DNA of 54,063 nt from Planctomycetota bacterium (GTDB lineage Bacteria > Planctomycetota > UBA11346), in NCBI GenBank assembly GCA_038231435.1, contig JBBRLJ010000036.1:1-54063 (forward strand), written 5' to 3'. Shown in pieces: positions 10,379 through 19,182 of this stretch. A program made the position numbers and the translations under genes. Numbering within the stretch: position 1 is the first letter of the stretch; each line of letters begins with the position of its first letter. The notes below the pieces were generated by a model, which saw only the letters and a program-made list of their open reading frames with translations, was not told the DNA's origin and ran no database searches.

Positions 10379-10501
10379 GGAGGGATGTGGTACGGCGTGG
10401 TCGCTGCGCAGCAAGATGGGGATGGCAGCGGAATGCAGAGGACACTCAGCGTCAAAGGCCGGAGTCCCCGACCGGCCCACCCCCCTCTGCTCCCCGCCTC
10501 C

Positions 10502-10574
10502 TGGGGGGCAGGCCGGAGGCCGATGTTGGGGGGCCGTAGCCCCCCAACTGAAAGCGTAGCCCCCCAACAAAAAG
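10502..10574 (-). repeat. Family A hairpin repeat with duplicated half-arm
   Basis: Core at 10525-10548 plus an extra CGTAGCCCCCCAAC half-copy next to the mlaD stop. Confidence 0.9.
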
Positions 10575-12182
10575 CTACTTCCCGAGCCCCGCCACCGTCA
10601 CGATGTTGCGCAGGTCGTTGTCGAGCAGCTCACCGCGGATCCCGCACCACAGGCCGGGCTTGTCGATGAGGTCGTCGCCGCCGACTACGAACGAGACGCG
10701 CCGCCAGACATGCGCCTCGAGGGTCGCGCGCAACAGGGCGCTGCCCTCCTCGTAGCGGCGCGCGGTGATGTCGCGCTGGTTGTCCTTGGCGCGGCACATC
10801 ACCTTGAGGTCGAGCCATTCGCCCAGCAGCGGCACCGAGACCCAACCGCCGACCTGCGAATCGATGAGTCCGCCGGCGATGGTCAGGCGATACAGCTGAT
10901 CGCTATCGTCGGGGAAGAAGCGCCAACCGATCAGCAGGTTGAAGTCGACATGGAACTTATCGGGATCCTCGCGCACCGCGTTGCGCGCGGGCGGAGCGGT
11001 GCGGTACGAGATGCCGCCCTGGTAGAACTTCCACGGGCGCGGCTCGATGCGCAGGTAGGCGTAGGTGTCGGTGACGCCACTCTCGGTGTTGATGCCGGCC
11101 TCGATGCCGCCGATGAACTTGAGCGTGGTGAAACCGCTGGTGATCGGCTTGATCTCCTCCATGCGCTGATTGAAGTTGTCGGCGGCCAGTACCGCCTTCT
11201 CGTGCAGGGTGTCCTCGAACACCAGCTTACCGAGCGTGCCCTTTCCGGAGGCGATCTGGCCGGTGACCAGCTCGAGATTCTCGCTGATCTTATCGAGGCG
11301 CGGGCCGACCTTGGCGAGTCCGTCCATGGTCTTCTTGATGCTCTCGCGGTTCTCGCTGACCGTCTCGTTGATGGTCTTGGCGGCGGCCCCGACGTTCTCG
11401 CCGGCGATGCCGAGCTTCTCGATGGCCTTGCGGATCTGCTCGCGGTTCTCGCCGACGACGTCGTTGAGCTGCTTGGCCAGGTCCTTGATATTGGTGATGG
11501 CCTGGCCGAGCGAGTCGCTGTTCTTCTTCACCAGCTCGCCGATGTTCCCGGCCATGTCGCTGATGCGCCCGATCATGGTCTGGACCTGGGCGCGGTTCTC
11601 CTTCACCAGGTCGCGCACCTGCTCGGACATCTCGCCGACGTGCTCGACGGTCTGGTGCGCGGAGGCGATGGTCGCCTTGATCTCGACGCGGTTCTCCTCG
11701 ACCAGCGAGCGGATGCTGGCCATGGTCTCGTCGATCGCGACCGGCTCGATGCCGCGCGGGGGCGGAGTCTTCTCGCTCGTGGCCTTGATCGGAGTGCCTC
11801 CCACCGAGACGATCGCCAGCGCCGAGCCGCCGAGCAGGCCCTGGTCGATCTTGAATACGCTCGTGGCATCGATCAGCACCATCTTCTTCAGGCTGCCGTC
11901 GATGGTGTAGTCGACCTGCACCACCGCCACGTCGTGACCCTGCTCGTCCTTGTCGAGCACCGGCTCGACTCGCGAGACCGAACCGATCTTCACACCATTG
12001 TAGGTGACGGGGTCGCCAGCCTGGAGACGCACCACGCGCGCGAAGCGGACCTTGTACTCGCCCTTGCCCTTGAACGGATTCGAAAAGAAGAATACGAAGC
12101 TCGACACCAGGCCCAGGCCGATGAAGAACAGCGCGCCGACCTTCATCTCGCTCGACAGCTCGCTGGGGGTCTCGTTGGCCAC
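10575..12182 (-). CDS. mlaD: MlaD/MCE protein with long helical region and C-terminal beta-rich domain
   Basis: N-terminal TM; MCE motif GDPVTYNGVKIGSV and GLLG loop; heptad helical repeats; GKGTLGKL; amphipathic beta strands at the C-terminus. Confidence 0.85.
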   Translation of the reverse strand: MANETPSELSSEMKVGALFFIGLGLVSSFVFFFSNPFKGKGEYKVRFARVVRLQAGDPVTYNGVKIGSVSRVEPVLDKDEQGHDVAVVQVDYTIDGSLKKMVLIDATSVFKIDQGLLGGSALAIVSVGGTPIKATSEKTPPPRGIEPVAIDETMASIRSLVEENRVEIKATIASAHQTVEHVGEMSEQVRDLVKENRAQVQTMIGRISDMAGNIGELVKKNSDSLGQAITNIKDLAKQLNDVVGENREQIRKAIEKLGIAGENVGAAAKTINETVSENRESIKKTMDGLAKVGPRLDKISENLELVTGQIASGKGTLGKLVFEDTLHEKAVLAADNFNQRMEEIKPITSGFTTLKFIGGIEAGINTESGVTDTYAYLRIEPRPWKFYQGGISYRTAPPARNAVREDPDKFHVDFNLLIGWRFFPDDSDQLYRLTIAGGLIDSQVGGWVSVPLLGEWLDLKVMCRAKDNQRDITARRYEEGSALLRATLEAHVWRRVSFVVGGDDLIDKPGLWCGIRGELLDNDLRNIVTVAGLGK

Positions 12183-12185
12183 CGC

Positions 12186-13124
12186 TCAGCCCTCCTTTGG
12201 CGTCGTTGTGGACGGCGTCGTTGTGGACGGCTTCGTCGAGGACGGCTTCGCATACGACGCTGTGCCCGATCTCGCGTCGGGCTTGGTCACATAGCCCTCG
12301 GTGAGCGGCCCATGCGTCGAGCCGGTCAGCAGCTGCTGGAGGACCGGGTTCTGGTTGGCCTTGATCTCATCCTTGGTGCCGATCGCGATGATGCGGCCCA
12401 GGTAGAGCATGGCGATGCGGTCAGCGATCTTGAACGCGGCCTCGAGATCATGGGTGATCACCAGCGAGGTCACCCCGAGGGTGCTCTGCAGTTCGAGCGT
12501 GAGCTCGTTGACGCCGTTCACCGTGACCGGATCGAGACCGGTGGTCGGTTCGTCGTAGAGGATTATTTCTGGCTTCTGGATGATGGCACGCGCGATGCCG
12601 ACGCGCTTGCGCATGCCGCCCGACAGGCTGGCGGGCTTGAGGCTGAGGATCTCCTCGGCCGGCAGGTAGACCTTGCGCAGGGCCTCGATCACACGCTCGC
12701 GTACTTCGGAGCGAGCGAGGCGCTCGACCTCGACCAGGGGCAGGCCGACGTTCTCGAGCACGGTCAGCGAATTCAGGAGCGCCGCGCCCTGGAAGACCAC
12801 GCCCATGCGCTTGCGGTAGGTCTCCATGTCCGCGCGCGAGGCGGTGTTGAGATTGAGGGTTTCGACCGTCACCGAGCCCTCGTCCGAGCGCAGCATGCCC
12901 ATCAGGTGGCGCAGCAGCGTGGTCTTGCCCGAACCCGAGCCACCGAGGATCACCAGGGTCTCGCCTTTGTAGACGTCGACATTGATGCCACGCAGGATGT
13001 GCCGCGAGCCGAAGCGCTTGTGCAGGTCACGGATCTTGATCAGCACGCTCTTGCCCGCCGGCACCGGACTCAGCGGCGCCGCCGCTTCCATCTTCTCCTT
13101 CGACCAGATGGATGCGGTGGCCAT
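12186..13124 (-). CDS. mlaF: MlaF-type ABC ATPase
   Basis: GGSGSGKT Walker A, LSGGMRKRV signature, YDEPTTGLDP, ITHD. Confidence 0.92.
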   Translation of the reverse strand: MATASIWSKEKMEAAAPLSPVPAGKSVLIKIRDLHKRFGSRHILRGINVDVYKGETLVILGGSGSGKTTLLRHLMGMLRSDEGSVTVETLNLNTASRADMETYRKRMGVVFQGAALLNSLTVLENVGLPLVEVERLARSEVRERVIEALRKVYLPAEEILSLKPASLSGGMRKRVGIARAIIQKPEIILYDEPTTGLDPVTVNGVNELTLELQSTLGVTSLVITHDLEAAFKIADRIAMLYLGRIIAIGTKDEIKANQNPVLQQLLTGSTHGPLTEGYVTKPDARSGTASYAKPSSTKPSTTTPSTTTPKEG

Positions 13125-13125
13125 G

Positions 13126-13965
13126 TCAGAGCCACAACTGGATGAAGGAGGTCATGAGCAGATCGGCGAGCAGCACGAAGATGATGTTGAGCACCACGCT
13201 CTGGGTGGTGGCGCGACCGACACCCTCGGCGCCGTCAGTGGTGTTCAGGCCGCGGTCGCAGGCGATGGTGCCGATGATGCAGGCGAAGACCACGCTCTTG
13301 ACCAGACCCGAGAAGAAATCGAATCCGGTGAGGCCGTGCTGGGCGGAGGTCATGAACGAGCTGAAACTCTCGTGGAAGGTGACGCTCGCGATGGTGGCGC
13401 CGCCGAACATGCCGATCCAGTCGGCCACGGCGGTGAGGATCGGCATCGAGATGACCAGTGCGAGGATGCGCGGCATGACCAGGAAGCGTACCGGATTGAT
13501 GCTCATCGAGCGTAGGGCGTCGATCTCCTCGTTGACCACCATGGTGCCGATCTCGGCCGCCTGCGAGGCGCCGACCCGCGCGAGGATGATCACCGCCGCC
13601 CAGATCGGACCCATCTCGCGGCAGAAGGTCGCGCCGATGATGCCGCCCAGCAGCCCGACCTGGCCGTAGTCCTCGAGCGCTTTGCCGGTCTGCACCGCCA
13701 TGATCATGCCGGTCAGCCCGGCGATCAGCGCCAGGACCATCAACGAGCCGAAACCGGCGATCTCGACCTGGCGCACGAGCGTCGGCAGACCGCGGCCGAC
13801 CATGCGTAGGTGCGAGCACGCGTCGACGAACAGCAAGGTCGCGCGTCCGGCGACGCTGGCCTTGGCCACCAGCGCGCGCCCGATGTCCTCGACCACGGCC
13901 ACCGCCGGACTCGGGTCGAGCCGCTCGATCATCTGCGTGGTCTTCTTGCGGTACGACTCGGCCAT
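13126..13965 (-). CDS. mlaE: MlaE-type ABC permease
   Basis: REMGP, AAEIGTMVVNEEIDALRSM and GAEGVGRATTQSVV motifs. Confidence 0.92.
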   Translation of the reverse strand: MAESYRKKTTQMIERLDPSPAVAVVEDIGRALVAKASVAGRATLLFVDACSHLRMVGRGLPTLVRQVEIAGFGSLMVLALIAGLTGMIMAVQTGKALEDYGQVGLLGGIIGATFCREMGPIWAAVIILARVGASQAAEIGTMVVNEEIDALRSMSINPVRFLVMPRILALVISMPILTAVADWIGMFGGATIASVTFHESFSSFMTSAQHGLTGFDFFSGLVKSVVFACIIGTIACDRGLNTTDGAEGVGRATTQSVVLNIIFVLLADLLMTSFIQLWL

Positions 13966-14543
13966 CACGCCTCCGGTCCGGGCAGCGCCCGGACTGGCAC
14001 CACGGTCACGCCCAGGATGGCCAGCGCAATCACGGTCTTCGCGTCGCAGATCTCGCCGCTCGCGAGCAGCCTTGGAAGGTCGCTGATCGCCACCACCTCG
14101 GGTGACACCAGCTCGCCGAGCTCGGGCGCGGCACGCGTCATGGTCAGGCCCTCGGCGCGATAGAGGATGAGCTCCTCATCCGAAACCCCGACCGCGGGAT
14201 GGAATCGCATCAACTCGATCAGCCGCTCGCATGCCCAACCCGCCTCTTCGCGCAGCTCGCGCGCCGCGGTGGCGATGGCTTCCTCGCCGGCTTCGCGGGT
14301 CCCAGCTGGAATCTCGAGCGTCCAGCGGCGGATCGGATAGCGGAACTGCCGCACCAGCACGACCTCACGGGGACTCGGCTGAGCCAGTACCGCGACTGCG
14401 CCAGGGTGATGGATGATCGGTCGTTCGATGCGGCCGTCGCAGGTGCTCCACGATTCACGATCGAGGCGGAATCTGTCGGAGGCGAACAGTTCCCACGACG
14501 CTTCGAACGTCGGCATCTCCGGGGGCCTCTCGGACGACGGCAT
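13965..14543 (-). CDS. NUDIX hydrolase (ADP-ribose pyrophosphatase-like)
   Basis: Nudix box GTREAGEEAIATAARELREEAG; QFRYP; start uncertain (14516-14582). Confidence 0.88.
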   Translation of the reverse strand: MPSSERPPEMPTFEASWELFASDRFRLDRESWSTCDGRIERPIIHHPGAVAVLAQPSPREVVLVRQFRYPIRRWTLEIPAGTREAGEEAIATAARELREEAGWACERLIELMRFHPAVGVSDEELILYRAEGLTMTRAAPELGELVSPEVVAISDLPRLLASGEICDAKTVIALAILGVTVVPVRALPGPEA

Positions 14544-14689
14544 CGTAGATTTGTATACGACTGTTTCCTTATTGCAACCCACGGCTCCAGCATTGGTTCA
14601 CCCGCATGGGCGCAAGTGCTTGTATGCCCGGGCTTGGGAACGAACCTTCGCTCCGACCCGACACGCACCAAGAAGCCCAGAAAGCCCCC

Positions 14690-17104
14690 ATGCGCATCAG
14701 CCTGTCCTGGATCAAGCGCTTGCTGAATTCGCCCGACCTGGGCATGACGCCGGCCGAACTGACGGCCAAGGTGTCCCTGAACGTCGCCGAGATCGAGCGG
14801 CTCGAGACCACCGGACGAGTCCTCGACGGCGTGGTCGTGGGTCGTGTCCTCACCGTCACCCAGCATCCCAATGCCGACAAGCTCAAGCTCACCACCGTCG
14901 ACATCGGCCGCGAGGCCCCCCTGGCGATCGTCTGTGGCGCCCCGAATGTCGCCGTCGGCCAGTTGGTCGCCGTCGCGACCATCGGCACCACCCTCTCCAT
15001 GAGCGGTCCTGGCGGCGAGAAGAAGTCCATCACCATCAAGGCGGCGAAGCTGCGGGGCGAACCGAGCGAAGGCATGATCTGCGCCGAGGACGAGCTCGGG
15101 CTCGGCTCGAGCCACGACGGCATCATGGTGCTGGCGGGCGACGCGAAACCCGGCGCGCCCCTGTCCAGCATCGTCGCCGCTGGCGACAGCGTCATGGTTC
15201 TCGAGAACCATGCGATCACCCATCGCCCCGACCTGTGGGGCCACATCGGCTGGGCACGCGAGGTCGCGGCGATCGCCAGCCGCATGACCCCACCGCCGCC
15301 GGACATCTCGTGGCAGGCGCGCGGCGATGGCTGGGGCGTGGACATCGCAGACGACGGCTGCGTGTGCTATTACGGCGCGGTGATCGAAGGTGTGAAGAAC
15401 ACGCCGAGCCCGCAGTGGATGCAGGATCACCTCAACGCGGTGGGTATCCGTCCCCTGGGCCTGCTCGTGGACGTCACCAACTACGTGATGCTCGAACTCG
15501 GCGAGCCCATGCACGCCTTCGACCTGCGCGACCTGCCGGGCAAGCGCATCGCCGTGCGCGCGGCCAAGGACGGCGAGAACTTCACCACCCTCGACGGCAA
15601 GACCCACGCTCTGGCGAGTGGCGACATCCTCATCGCCGACGCAGGCGGCAAGGCGGTCGCATTGGGCGGGATCATGGGCGGTGCCGGCAGCATGGTGCGC
15701 GAGGACACCACTGCGGTGCTGCTTGAAGCCGCTATCTTCAAGCCCGAGCGCATCCGCAAGACCCGCCAGCGCACCGGCGTCGCCACCGATTCCTCGGCGC
15801 GCTTCGAGAAGGGCCTGTACCCCGAGCTCGCTCCCGCCGCGCTCAACCGCGCCATCGCGCTGATCGATCAGCTGATCCCCAGCTGCCGCATCACCCATCG
15901 CTTCAATTCCGGCGCCGGGTCGGGCGAGAACCGCGTCGTCAAACTGACCACCAACGACGTGAAGCGCATCACCGGCATCGACATCGATCCCACCACCCAG
16001 CGCGCGATCCTCGATCGCCTGGGGTTCAAGGTCCAGGGCGACCAGGTCACCGTGCCGTGGTGGCGCCGCAAGGACGTGGGCACCGCCGCCGATCTCGTCG
16101 AGGAAGTGGCGAGACATCACGGCTACCATCACATCCTGCCGGCGATCCCACGGCTTCCCGCCGAAGCGCCGACGCCGAACCCGCTGCGCGCCGCCGAGCA
16201 TCGCTCACGCCACTTCCTCTCGGCCCAGGGCTGGGACGAGGTCCAGACTTACGCGTTCACCTCCGAAGCGTGGGCGAAGCAGTTGCAGTTCGTCGACGAC
16301 AAGCTGATCCGGCTGAAGCATCCGTTGTCGAGCGAGCAGACCGTGATGCGCCCGAGCCTGGTGCCGGTCCTGGCCGAAGCCGTCGGCCGCAACCGCAAGC
16401 ATGCCGATGCGGTGCGGATCTACGAGATCGGCAAACGCTACCGCATCGGCATCGGCCGAGCGGGCGCCGGGCTCGAAGACGAGACGCTGGTGGTGGCCGG
16501 CGCCTGCGCGACGGCTGGCGATGCCACGCCGTTCTACGCCGCGCGCGACGCCGCCGTGGCGCTACTGACAGGGCTCGGCCACGGCCTGGGGCTGGCCCTG
16601 GCGGAATTCGATTCCCTGGATCCCTACCTGACTCCTGGCCGCGTCCTCGGCTTGCAGGTCGGGCCTGACCGCCGCCTCATCGGCTTCTGCGGCGAGCTCG
16701 ACGCTGGAACACGCACTCTGGCCGACTGCCCGGAGCGGGTCGGATACTTCGAGATCTTCCTCGAGGACCTGATCCTCGCGTACGGAGCCCCGAAGCCGAT
16801 CCCCTACAAGGCCCCGAGCCGCTTCCAGCGCGTCGAGCGCGAGTTCACCTGGGTCTGCAACGAGGAGATCGCCTACGGCGAGCTCGAATCGGCCACGCGC
16901 CTGGGCGCGGGTGCGCTGTGCGCTGGCATATCGCTGATCACCATCTACCGAGGCGACCCCATCGCTCCTGGACAGAAGGCGGTGAGCCTGCGCGTGCTCC
17001 TGCAGGCCGAGGAACGCACTTTGGAAGAGAAAGACCTGCTCCAGGCAAGCGAGCGCATCGTCGCCAGTGTCGGCGAGAAGACCGGAGCGGCGCTGCGCGC
17101 GTGA
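14690..17104 (+). CDS. pheT: Phenylalanine--tRNA ligase beta subunit
   Basis: MRISLSW, HPNADKL, IVCGAPNV, SEGMIC, VDVTNYVMLELGEPMHAFD, ADLVEEVAR, C-terminal anticodon-binding domain. Confidence 0.96.
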   Translation: MRISLSWIKRLLNSPDLGMTPAELTAKVSLNVAEIERLETTGRVLDGVVVGRVLTVTQHPNADKLKLTTVDIGREAPLAIVCGAPNVAVGQLVAVATIGTTLSMSGPGGEKKSITIKAAKLRGEPSEGMICAEDELGLGSSHDGIMVLAGDAKPGAPLSSIVAAGDSVMVLENHAITHRPDLWGHIGWAREVAAIASRMTPPPPDISWQARGDGWGVDIADDGCVCYYGAVIEGVKNTPSPQWMQDHLNAVGIRPLGLLVDVTNYVMLELGEPMHAFDLRDLPGKRIAVRAAKDGENFTTLDGKTHALASGDILIADAGGKAVALGGIMGGAGSMVREDTTAVLLEAAIFKPERIRKTRQRTGVATDSSARFEKGLYPELAPAALNRAIALIDQLIPSCRITHRFNSGAGSGENRVVKLTTNDVKRITGIDIDPTTQRAILDRLGFKVQGDQVTVPWWRRKDVGTAADLVEEVARHHGYHHILPAIPRLPAEAPTPNPLRAAEHRSRHFLSAQGWDEVQTYAFTSEAWAKQLQFVDDKLIRLKHPLSSEQTVMRPSLVPVLAEAVGRNRKHADAVRIYEIGKRYRIGIGRAGAGLEDETLVVAGACATAGDATPFYAARDAAVALLTGLGHGLGLALAEFDSLDPYLTPGRVLGLQVGPDRRLIGFCGELDAGTRTLADCPERVGYFEIFLEDLILAYGAPKPIPYKAPSRFQRVEREFTWVCNEEIAYGELESATRLGAGALCAGISLITIYRGDPIAPGQKAVSLRVLLQAEERTLEEKDLLQASERIVASVGEKTGAALRA

Positions 17105-17171
17105 CATCCGCCGCCTCCCGCAGCGGCAGGGGCGGATTGGCGGAACGCGGGCGCCCAGTACGATCATCGCC

Positions 17172-17849
17172 ATGCGCGGCGTGGTCTACCATTTCGGACC
17201 ATGCCCGTATCTGCCTGAGCGCGAATTCCACGCCTTCCATCCACTGCCCAATCCGCCCGAGGACGTCTCGTACCGGCAGCTGATGGACTGGCGCTTCAGG
17301 CGTTCGGGCAACCACCTGTACATGCCGGTGTGTCCCACCTGCGACGCGTGTCGACCGATCCGCGTCGATGTCGCCGCCTTCGTGCCGCGGCGCGACCAGC
17401 GCCGCTGCGAGATCCGCAACTCCGATCTGACGGTGAGCTGGCAGCCGCGGGGCGCCGACGCTGAACGCCTGCGCCTCTACCAGCGCTACCAGACCACCGT
17501 GCACGGCAAGGATGTCGACGAGGATCCCTCCGCCTTCCTCGCATCCGACGGCGGCATCCCCGGTGGCGAACTCCACGCGCGCGACGCCGCTGGCCGGTTG
17601 GTGGCGGTCAGCATCTGCGACCACATCGGCGACGCGCTGTCGAGCGTCTACTGCTACTACGATCCGGATCTGCATAAACGCGGACTCGGCACGTTCATGG
17701 GCCTGGCGGAGATCGCGCACTGCCGCAGCGCCGGGCTGCGCTGGCTCTACCTGGGCTTCCTGGTCCGCGGCTGCGCCAAGATGGAGTACAAGGCGCGCTT
17801 CCTGCCGCACGAGGTGCTCGAGGCTGGGACGTGGGTGCGCTACTGTTAG
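17172..17849 (+). CDS. Aminoacyl-tRNA--protein transferase (ATE/Bpt family)
   Basis: CPYL, FRRSG, CPTCDAC, LYQRYQ, SSVYCYYDP, YLGF and KMEYK motifs. Confidence 0.9.
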   Translation: MRGVVYHFGPCPYLPEREFHAFHPLPNPPEDVSYRQLMDWRFRRSGNHLYMPVCPTCDACRPIRVDVAAFVPRRDQRRCEIRNSDLTVSWQPRGADAERLRLYQRYQTTVHGKDVDEDPSAFLASDGGIPGGELHARDAAGRLVAVSICDHIGDALSSVYCYYDPDLHKRGLGTFMGLAEIAHCRSAGLRWLYLGFLVRGCAKMEYKARFLPHEVLEAGTWVRYC

Positions 17850-17943
17850 TTGGGGGGCTACTCCCTGCGGGCGGCGGATGCCCCGAAGGGCATCCGAAAA
17901 TCGCCAGGCGATTTCCCCCAACATCGGCCTCCGGCCTGCCCCC
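17849..17943 (+). repeat. Family A repeat, long form with internal hairpin module
   Basis: GTTGGGGGGCTAC ... CCCCCAACATCGGCCTCCGGCCTGCCCC with an inserted GGATGCCCCGAAGGGCATCC hairpin. Confidence 0.85.
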
Positions 17944-18096
17944 ACAAAGAAACGGCCAGATGGAGCGGCCGGGGCTGACAGCAGCTGCAGCCTGGTAGCG
18001 AGAACACGGTGGGCCACGTGATTGCTGGGACAGGCCTTGAGGAATCGGGACGAAGCCAGCCCGTATCTTCAAGCGGCCGTTTAAGGTCGATTTTGC

Positions 18097-18139
18097 TCAA
18101 CCGGTTGACTTGAGTTTTTATCGTAATACAACCGCTTGA
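18097..18139. promoter_or_regulatory. Putative LacI-family operators
   Basis: Perfect palindrome TCAACCGGTTGA (18097-18108) and near copy ACAACCGCTTGA (18128-18139), both with a central CG, just upstream of the LacI gene. Confidence 0.65.
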
Positions 18140-19180
18140 ATGAGCGGTGATAGGCGCGTGACGTTGCAGGTGTTGGCGAGCGAGCTCGGGCTCGACAAGT
18201 CGAGCGTGTCGTTGGCGCTGCGCTCGAGTCCGCGCATTTCGCGCGCCACCAGCCGCCGCGTCCACGCCGCCGCCAAACGTCTCGGGTACCGGCCGAATCT
18301 CGCGGCGGCGCAGCTCGCGGGCGGCGGCGCGCAGATGCTCGGCCTGGTGCTGCCGCGCAGCTTCGTGAGCCTCGGGGGCGGCGGCGTCGCCAGCGCCACC
18401 GTGCGGCATCTCGCCCATCTCGCCTCGGAACGGGGCCTGCTGTTCTCCATCCTGGCCATCGAGGATCTGTCGGAGCGCCTCGGCCGCGCTACCCCCCTGC
18501 TGCCCGACGCTTTTTTCGTGTGGGGAGACGTGCCTGCGACCAGCTTGCGCGTGCTCGCTGGCATCGGACGGCCGCTGGTGGTGCTCGACCCCAACCATCC
18601 GTCGTACGCGGATTACCACGGGCCGATGGTGGTCGTCGACAACGCTGGCGGCGGCGCGGACATGGCGGCCCATCTCGTCGAGCGCGGCGCGCGCACCCTG
18701 CTGCAGGTCACTGCGCGCAGCCCGCATCTCGGCTATACCGAACGCTTGAAGGGTATGCGCGAGGCCTGGCTGGCGCGGCGTCCGGCCGATTCGTTCGCGT
18801 CCTGCGAGTCCCGCGAGCTGAGCGACGCCGACCTGCGTGCTTTCGCCCAGCGCGGCGACGGGGCGATCTTCTGCGTCAACGACGGCATCGCGTTGCGTCT
18901 GTGGCATCGCCTGCAACGCATGGGTATCGCGGTGCCGGAGCGGCTGCTGCTGTGCGGATTCGACGGCGATCCGTCTGGCCGCTTCGTGGATCTCACCACC
19001 GTGCTCTTCGACTGGAAGGCGCTCGCCGAGCGCGCCTCGACAATGGTCGACAGCCTGCTCTCGCGCGACGCGGTCGCGGCGGCGACAGGCGCGAGCGCGG
19101 CCGTGCGCGTGCCATGCTCCATCTCCATCGGCGAAACCACCAGCGGACGTAAACGGCCGCACGACCCACGGGATTCCTGA
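18140..19180 (+). CDS. LacI-family transcriptional regulator
   Basis: HTH VTLQVLASELGLDKSSVSLAL, LGYRPN hinge, periplasmic-binding-like domain with GFDG. Confidence 0.93.
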   Translation: MSGDRRVTLQVLASELGLDKSSVSLALRSSPRISRATSRRVHAAAKRLGYRPNLAAAQLAGGGAQMLGLVLPRSFVSLGGGGVASATVRHLAHLASERGLLFSILAIEDLSERLGRATPLLPDAFFVWGDVPATSLRVLAGIGRPLVVLDPNHPSYADYHGPMVVVDNAGGGADMAAHLVERGARTLLQVTARSPHLGYTERLKGMREAWLARRPADSFASCESRELSDADLRAFAQRGDGAIFCVNDGIALRLWHRLQRMGIAVPERLLLCGFDGDPSGRFVDLTTVLFDWKALAERASTMVDSLLSRDAVAAATGASAAVRVPCSISIGETTSGRKRPHDPRDS

Positions 19181-19182
19181 AC

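Noticed and set aside
12202..12246. 15-bp repeat at the 3' end of mlaF
   Set aside because: Encodes a low-complexity PSTTT tail; no further evidence of function
10710..13145. 811-aa plus-strand ORF and similar long antisense ORFs (14219-16201, 29904-31727, 48281-50137)
   Set aside because: Shadow ORFs opposite well-supported genes, expected from high-GC codon bias; no motifs
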